NCBI GenBank assembly: GCA_963663475.2
Contig: CAXXJV010000001.1
Coordinates: forward strand, 1,760,001-1,824,000
Source of the DNA: Candidatus Cloacimonadales bacterium
GTDB taxonomy: Bacteria; Cloacimonadota; Cloacimonadia; Cloacimonadales; JAFGVF01
Direction: 5' to 3'
Length of the DNA: 64,000 nt
Positions 59,738-64,000 of the stretch are shown here, piece after piece. The position numbers and the translations under genes are program-made. The first letter of the stretch is position 1. Each line of letters begins with the position of its first letter. Below the pieces are notes generated by a model, which ran no database searches, had not been told where the DNA came from, and worked only from the letters and a program-made list of their open reading frames with translations.

Positions 59738-59906
59738 TTAAAACCAATAATGCAATAGATCTTTGAGAATAGCACTATATTCTTTTGCAAAAGTAACTTC
59801 CATTATTTCTCCGAATATATAAAATATATGCGTCAAAATTCTGTAAGCTATTTTGCTAAAAGAATTTGCACTCTTCTCTAAAGCTCTATTGCACCATTCG
59901 GGTTAA
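59738..59906 (+). repeat. Element D, full copy
   Basis: Near-identical to 49696-49865, with imperfect TIRs of about 35 bp. Confidence 0.85.
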
Positions 59907-59934
59907 AACCAATAATACAATAGAGGTAAAAAAA

Positions 59935-60096
59935 ATGAAAAAGAACCAACTTTTAGAAATCTTTGATAAGATCAATAATATCTCCCAACAACTAGAACTT
60001 CACAAACAGGAACACAGATATCTCATTTATTATTTAATGTCAATATCAGGCTTAGGAACTATTATTTTAGCTCCTATATTAGTTAATTTCATTTAA
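59935..60096 (+). CDS. Small coiled-coil + C-terminal TM protein (XhlA/holin-like topology)
   Basis: AGAGGT RBS, then ATG 59935. 53 aa with a hydrophobic C-terminus. Confidence 0.55.
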   Translation: MKKNQLLEIFDKINNISQQLELHKQEHRYLIYYLMSISGLGTIILAPILVNFI

Positions 60097-60186
60097 ACCT
60101 AGTTAATGCAATAGACTTTGGTTAGGTATTTTAACCTTTCTCTTAGAATATGTCTGCTAAGGAAGTTACTGCATTATAAAGGTTAA
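60093..60186 (+). repeat. D-related hairpin element (94 bp) with divergent interior
   Basis: Ends are TTAAACC.AGTTAATGCAATAGA and TACTGCATTATAAAGGTTAA. Confidence 0.65.
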
Positions 60187-60202
60187 ACAAAAGGACAAAA
60201 TT

Positions 60203-60418
60203 ATGACAGAAAAAATCAAGAAAGAAGTATTAGCCAATGTTAACAAAGAGAGTGTGGATTTTAATGACGATACAATCGAAATTATCAGCGAGAAACTTAA
60301 CCAACTATTAGATATTCCTTATATAAATGAAGAGCTTGAAGGAATAATAATTAAAGCAGTAGTTAAGATTCTTTATACATTAATCTTCAACTCAGGAAAA
60401 GTTCTTTTTAAGATCTAA
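60203..60418 (+). CDS. Small hypothetical protein
   Basis: AAGGA RBS and a LN..LDIPYINEELE motif. Followed by a terminator. Confidence 0.65.
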   Translation: MTEKIKKEVLANVNKESVDFNDDTIEIISEKLNQLLDIPYINEELEGIIIKAVVKILYTLIFNSGKVLFKI

Positions 60419-60429
60419 ATAACCGAATT

Positions 60430-60464
60430 CTCCCCATTTAAAATCCTCTAAATGGGGAGTTTTA
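60430..60464 (+). terminator. Intrinsic terminator
   Basis: CTCCCCATTTA...TAAATGGGGAG followed by TTTT. Confidence 0.7.
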
Positions 60465-60541
60465 CTTTTCAAAAAACAAAAAGCTTGACCAAGTTAATAA
60501 ACTAATTATTTTATACTGACGATCAAATTGGAGACTTTTGT

Positions 60542-61201
60542 ATGGATTATGAAGCAGTTATTTTTGATTTAGATGGAACACTAGTTAATACTATTAGTGA
60601 TATAGCTAACTCTATGAATAGGGTATTAATAAAAATGGGATTACCAGCTCATGAAATTGCTGAATATTATTATTTTGTGGGAGCAGGACTTAAGGAATTA
60701 TGTAGGAGAGTTTTACCTAAAGACCTACAATCTGAAACTAAAGTTTTAGAGTATAGAGAACTTTTTAATGAAGATTATAATCAAAATTGGCATAATGAAA
60801 CCTATCCATATCCTGGTATTATTGAACTTCTTGAATACCTTCAGCAAAAAAACAAAACTATAGCAATCTTATCTAATAAACCCGACCATTTCTGCAAATT
60901 ATTTGTCCAACATTTCTTTCCAAATATCAATTTTGCTTTAGTCAGAGGAAATCTAGATTCTCTTCCTCCTAAACCTCATCCTGCAGGAGGCATGTATATT
61001 ACAGAAAGCTTAAATCTGGATCCTAAGGATGTCTTATTTGTTGGTGATTCAGACATTGATATGCAAACAGCTGCTAATTGTGGGTTTATTGCTATGGGGG
61101 CAGAATGGGGCTTTCGTAGTCAAGAAGAACTACTTAAAGCAGGAGCTAAACACATATTTTCCAGTCCAAGTCATTTACTAAAATTTTTACAGGAGATATA
61201 A
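60542..61201 (+). CDS. HAD hydrolase (phosphoglycolate phosphatase-like)
   Basis: FDLDGTL, LSNK, KPHP and VGDSDID motifs. Confidence 0.9.
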   Translation: MDYEAVIFDLDGTLVNTISDIANSMNRVLIKMGLPAHEIAEYYYFVGAGLKELCRRVLPKDLQSETKVLEYRELFNEDYNQNWHNETYPYPGIIELLEYLQQKNKTIAILSNKPDHFCKLFVQHFFPNINFALVRGNLDSLPPKPHPAGGMYITESLNLDPKDVLFVGDSDIDMQTAANCGFIAMGAEWGFRSQEELLKAGAKHIFSSPSHLLKFLQEI

Positions 61202-61470
61202 TGAGAATTGACCAAATATTAAATAAACTTTGCTTGATAAAGACACGTTCAATAGCTAATCAAGCTTGCCATAAAGGATTAATCGAAATTAATAATAATC
61301 CTGCTAAAGCTAGCACAAGTGTTAAAGAAAATGATAGAATAGTGATTAAACTTAATGGCTATAAAACTACTATTGTAATTAAAGAGATTCCTAAAGGTAA
61401 TGTCTCTAAAAAAACAGCCCTAGATTATTACGATCTTATAGACAGACAAGCTATTGAAAGTGATTTATAG
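61201..61470 (+). CDS. S4-domain RNA-binding protein (Hsp15/RqcP-like)
   Basis: MRIDQ.L...IKTRS.A..AC..G.I.IN...AKAS..V...D pattern. Confidence 0.85.
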   Translation: MRIDQILNKLCLIKTRSIANQACHKGLIEINNNPAKASTSVKENDRIVIKLNGYKTTIVIKEIPKGNVSKKTALDYYDLIDRQAIESDL

Positions 61471-61483
61471 AAAAGAGGTAAAA

Positions 61484-61789
61484 ATGACAAACGAAGAAAA
61501 ATTAAAATATGCAGAGATGTCGAAAATTATTAAGGCAATGTCTCATCCTACAAGATTATTCATTGTTGATAAACTAAAAGAAAGAAAATACTGTGTTTGC
61601 GAATTAACAGATATGATTGATGCTGATATTTCAACTGTTTCAAGACACCTTACTGTCTTAAAAAAAGCAGGCATCATCTATGATGAAAAAATCAAAAACA
61701 ATGTATATTACGATTTAAGATGTCCATGCATTAGTAGTTTTTACTCTTGTGTGGTTACTATAATTGATATTCAAAAAGAAACAGATTAA
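61484..61789 (+). CDS. ArsR/SmtB family transcriptional regulator
   Basis: KAMSHPTRL, CVCEL and STVSRHL..LK.AG motifs. Confidence 0.88.
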   Translation: MTNEEKLKYAEMSKIIKAMSHPTRLFIVDKLKERKYCVCELTDMIDADISTVSRHLTVLKKAGIIYDEKIKNNVYYDLRCPCISSFYSCVVTIIDIQKETD

Positions 61790-62058
61790 TTCCTTCAGTC
61801 CGAAGTCCCTTACCTAGGGTTGAGGAAGTCTGGTCTACTTATTCAGTTTAACTAAATACTCATCATTCCTTAAAGAATACCGAGAGTATAATAAAAATAA
61901 ATTATATATTGACAATTTTGTACTTGAGAAATAAATGACCTTGTAGATTGATTATTAATTAAAAAAAAACTTTATTTAGATAACATTCAGCGAGGTTTGA
62001 TTACAAGAAAAATCCCTGAAAATTTATGCGTACCATTAACTAAAATGGAGATATTAAA

Positions 62059-63807
62059 ATGTCCAAAAAATTAAACATTAAAAAAAATTATAAATTATTA
62101 CAGCCATATTTATGGAAAGAAAAAAAGCTTCTTCTGTTTGGCTTGCTGTTAATGATATTTGTTTCAGCTGCCCATCTAATAGATCCTTTAATCTTAGCCC
62201 ATATTGTAGATGTTAGCGTTCCTAATCAAGACTTGAAGGATATGTACCAGTATGCCTTTTTCTTCATAGGATTGATTATTGTCTCAGGTATCGCTTCATA
62301 TACCCAGATTATTATTCTCTCTAAGTTAGGACTAAAAGTCATTACTGATATTAAAATGAAGTTATTTGCTCATTTAATGAAGATATCTGTATCATTCTTT
62401 GATAATAGACCAGTTGGAGATTTTATTACTAAGGTTGAGAATGACAGTGAGAAGGTAAGATTCCTTTTTTCAGAACTTTCAATTAGAATTATTGGTAATC
62501 TATTATTCTTTATAGGGGTAATTATCGTCATTACCTATAAAAGCCCTGATGTGTCTGCTTGGATTCTAGTAGCAATAACTATAATTGCTATTGCTTACAA
62601 CTACTTCATGAGATTCATGGGGAAGATTTTCAAAAAAGTGAGAGAAAAGTATTCGGAAGTTACTGCTAATATTAATGAATATGTGCAAGGAATGCATGTT
62701 ATTCAAACTTTCCATAAAGAAAATGAAGCAATCAAAATTGTGGAAAAAACTTCAGCGGAAAAGAAAAATATTGAGACCAAAGCTTCATTTTTGGAGTATT
62801 CAGTAGAAGGCTTCTTTCTATTCTTAATAGAATACTTCCTTTTAATACTAATCATTGTTCTCATTGTACCGCAGATCTTTGCAGGAACTAAATCAATTGG
62901 AACTCTGATAATTTTTTCTCAATATATAAATAGAATAATCTGGCCTTTAATCCAACTTCTTGAGAATGTAATGCAAATACAGAAATCAATGGTTTCTTTA
63001 ACTAGAATTAGAGAGCTTAGTGAGCTTCCAGTAGAAGATTACTACCATAATGACCTTGATATTAAAAGCTTTGAACATGAAATTGAATTTAAGAATGTCT
63101 GGTTTGCCTATGAAGGTGAAAACTGGATTTTAAAAGATGTTAGCTTTAAGGTTAAGAAAGGTGAAAAGGTAGCTCTAGTAGGTCCTTCAGGTTCTGGTAA
63201 AACAACTACCATTAGTTTAATCTGTGGTTTTTATAAGTATCAGAAAGGTGAGATTCTTATTGATGGAAAGCCCCTAAGCAAGCTTAATATTAAGAAATGG
63301 AGAAGAAAGGTGGGATTAATTCTGCAAGATGTTCTTCTCTTTCCAGGAAATGTTATTGAAAATGTAAGAATATATGATGACTCAATCTCACCTGATAGAG
63401 TTATGGAATCTATAAAGATGGTTCATGCTGAAAAATTCTTTGAAATGACTTCCCTACAAAATGTTATATCTGAAAGAGGTCAGAATATCTCTCAGGGTGA
63501 GAAACAGCTACTTAGCTTTGCTAGAGCTTTAACTTTTAATCCTGAAATAGTTATCATGGACGAGGCAACCTCTTCTATTGATACAGTTACTGAAAAGAAG
63601 ATCCAAGACTCTATGCTCAAGGTCTTAGCAGGAAAAACTGCTATGATTGTAGCTCACAGACTATCCTCAATTATTGATGCAGATAATATAATCTACTTCA
63701 AGGATGGTCAAATTAAAAATCAAGGTAGTCATCGTCAATTGATGGAGACAAGTCCTGATTACCAAAATTTAGTTAACCTTCAATTTATGGGAGGTCATGA
63801 TGAATAA
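62059..63807 (+). CDS. ABC exporter, fused TMD-NBD
   Basis: 6 TM segments plus GPSGSGKT, ISQGEKQL, MDEATSS and AHRLS. Confidence 0.92.
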   Translation: MSKKLNIKKNYKLLQPYLWKEKKLLLFGLLLMIFVSAAHLIDPLILAHIVDVSVPNQDLKDMYQYAFFFIGLIIVSGIASYTQIIILSKLGLKVITDIKMKLFAHLMKISVSFFDNRPVGDFITKVENDSEKVRFLFSELSIRIIGNLLFFIGVIIVITYKSPDVSAWILVAITIIAIAYNYFMRFMGKIFKKVREKYSEVTANINEYVQGMHVIQTFHKENEAIKIVEKTSAEKKNIETKASFLEYSVEGFFLFLIEYFLLILIIVLIVPQIFAGTKSIGTLIIFSQYINRIIWPLIQLLENVMQIQKSMVSLTRIRELSELPVEDYYHNDLDIKSFEHEIEFKNVWFAYEGENWILKDVSFKVKKGEKVALVGPSGSGKTTTISLICGFYKYQKGEILIDGKPLSKLNIKKWRRKVGLILQDVLLFPGNVIENVRIYDDSISPDRVMESIKMVHAEKFFEMTSLQNVISERGQNISQGEKQLLSFARALTFNPEIVIMDEATSSIDTVTEKKIQDSMLKVLAGKTAMIVAHRLSSIIDADNIIYFKDGQIKNQGSHRQLMETSPDYQNLVNLQFMGGHDE

Positions 63808-64000
63808 ACATATAAAATGGGTGATAAATGAATGGAAAAGATATAAGGGATTAGTCGTAATTATGATAGTACTAACTATTTTAACTTCCTTTATATCATC
63901 AGTTTACCCATACCTATTTAAAGTATTAATTGATAAAATAGACTTTCTTCAGAAGAATAGTCAAGATTATGCTGATCCTATGCAAGAAATTTACAGATTC
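63797..64000 (+). CDS. Second ABC exporter subunit, N-terminus (runs off window)
   Basis: Hand translation: MMNKHIKWVINEWKRYKGLVVIMIVLTILTSFISSVYPYLFKVLID..., overlapping the upstream stop. Confidence 0.7.
   Translation, partial: MMNKHIKWVINEWKRYKGLVVIMIVLTILTSFISSVYPYLFKVLIDKIDFLQKNSQDYADPMQEIYRF

Noticed and set aside
59738-60464. Canonical integron
   Set aside because: No IntI or attI in the window, and the left ends do not match RYYYAAC. Kept only as a cassette-like hypothesis.

Overview
Low-GC bacterial chromosome segment. Gene content tentatively suggests a Cloacimonadota-like anaerobe (inference only). From left to right it holds: the left end and istA N-terminus of an IS21 element (1-278); an 18.5-kb Wzx/Wzy exopolysaccharide operon with Vibrio syp-like content (STAS protein, OmpA lipoprotein, Wza, Wzc, polymerase, flippase) plus unusual extras (two degenerate phosphoglycosyl-transferase domains, uridine kinase, a Pol-beta-type nucleotidyltransferase); housekeeping genes (EamA, NifU, nadE, ribD, SpoIID, asd, M20 deacetylase); a minus-strand APH-RIO1 double-kinase plus GNAT operon preceded by what looks like a uORF-controlled attenuator; a defence island (PLD-like/SF2 helicase, DUF4391, Type III Mod/Res with a DUF1016 remnant, PHP-ATPase of the Ppl/TrlF type, AlbA_2-HATPase); two surface lipoproteins; McrBC plus an AAA ATPase; and YitT, HAD, S4, ArsR and an ABC exporter pair. 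Most longer intergenic regions are mosaics of dispersed palindromic repeats. Two repeat families stand out. A ~170-bp terminally inverted element brackets small genes in a cassette-like way and supplies stop codons. A ~90-bp hairpin lies 32-33 nt upstream of a TTGAC -35 box in all three copies. No rRNA, tRNA, CRISPR array, integron integrase or reverse transcriptase was recognised.
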